Origin: Candidatus Nanoarchaeia archaeon
Lineage (GTDB): Archaea; Nanobdellota; Nanobdellia; Woesearchaeales; JANQNC01
Assembly: GCA_028279745.1 (NCBI GenBank)
Contig: JANQNC010000001.1
Location: forward strand, 510,001-542,000
Direction: 5' to 3'
DNA length: 32,000 bases
Below, in pieces: positions 31,367 to 32,000 of this stretch. Each line of letters starts with the position of its first letter. Position 1 is the stretch's first letter. Both the position numbers and the translations under genes were made by a program. The notes beneath the pieces were generated by a model. The model was given only the letters and a program-made list of their open reading frames with translations, had not been told where the DNA came from and made no database searches.

Positions 31367-32000
31367 ATGAGCTGGAAAAAGATTAAAAATGCAGTGGGAA
31401 AAACATGGAATTTTCTATGGAACGATAACAGCTGGCAAAGCTGGCTAGTATCAATAGTGGTTGCATTTGTATTTATCAAATTCCTATTCTTACCTGGTGT
31501 GGGGCTATTGTTTGGAACACAACTACCAATAGTTGCAGTAGTATCAGGAAGCATGGAACATGGAAAAGTAGGAGACAATGTTTTAGGGATACCCCACATG
31601 TGTGGAAAAAGTTATGTTAAAGAAGATTACTATATGAAATTTGATGATTACTGGCAGGAATGTGGAGAGTGGTATGAGAAAAGAGGCATTACCAAAGAGG
31701 AATTTAAAGAATACTCATTCAAGAACGGATTCAACAAAGGGGACATAATGTTCTTACATGGTGTTGAAGCAGAAGAAGTTGAGATAGGTGATGTGATAGT
31801 CTTTCAAAGCAGACAAAGACCAGAACCGATAATACACAGAGTTGTGAAAAAAACTTTTACAAATGGCAAATACGTATTTGAAACAAAAGGAGATCACAAT
31901 GGAATGTCTGGAGCTGTAGACTTTAACATAACCGAAGAACAACTTTACGGAAAAGCATACTTCAGACTGCCATTACTAGGCTATGTGAAAGTGTTTGCAG
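31367..32000 (+). CDS. Signal peptidase I, archaeal/Sec11 type (S26B), partial at right edge
   Basis: Not in the ORF track because it runs off the window. N-terminal TM, VVSGSMEH (Ser nucleophile), GDIMFL, IGDVIVF, PIIHRV (His) and TKGDHN. Confidence 0.75.
   Translation, partial: MSWKKIKNAVGKTWNFLWNDNSWQSWLVSIVVAFVFIKFLFLPGVGLLFGTQLPIVAVVSGSMEHGKVGDNVLGIPHMCGKSYVKEDYYMKFDDYWQECGEWYEKRGITKEEFKEYSFKNGFNKGDIMFLHGVEAEEVEIGDVIVFQSRQRPEPIIHRVVKKTFTNGKYVFETKGDHNGMSGAVDFNITEEQLYGKAYFRLPLLGYVKVFA

Noticed and set aside
1-32000. Search for CRISPR arrays, IS elements or transposases, integrase next to the tRNA, and rRNA genes
   Set aside because: I saw no regularly spaced direct repeats, no transposase or integrase-like ORF, and no long GC-rich structured RNA stretch. 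The periodicity in 23595-27851 is protein-coding repeat structure and not a CRISPR array.

Overview
AT-rich (by eye about one-third G+C) archaeal chromosome segment. Genes are tightly packed, proteins are small and lysine-rich, and most genes have a TTTATAAA-type TATA box centred about 26 nt upstream of the ATG, so transcripts are mostly leaderless. By inference this fits a reduced DPANN-like archaeon. Most of the window is housekeeping. (i) 110-5345: a cell-surface glycan cluster of GT2, AglH-like GlcNAc-1-P transferase, an archaeosortase-family protein, UDP-glucuronate 4-epimerase-like and UDP-glucose 6-dehydrogenase. (ii) Information-processing genes: aRF1, an intron-containing tRNA-Pro(UGG), the conserved L37ae-RpoP-Pcc1-prefoldin beta-UPF0147 array, DRG GTPase, aIF5B, Trm1, aEF-1beta with its Zn-ribbon partner, Tma20-like and Nip7-like PUA proteins, an NMD3-like protein and signal peptidase I. 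Less ordinary content: an AsnB-like amidotransferase fused to a Dph6-like diphthine-ammonia ligase; an orphan HerA-like ATPase with a long C-terminal extension; a GC-rich structured leader flanked by a duplicated ribosome-binding site; a tandem-GAF / RsbW-like HATPase cluster; a 1418-aa pure coiled-coil protein built from about 120-aa internal repeats; a small membrane-protein operon next to a patatin-like phospholipase; and one symmetric TATA box shared by two divergent leaderless genes. I saw no CRISPR array, rRNA, transposase or integrase. All calls rest on motif recognition by eye, and no searches were run. Several ORF-track starts use TTG/GTG; I moved them to the ATG that sits at promoter distance.
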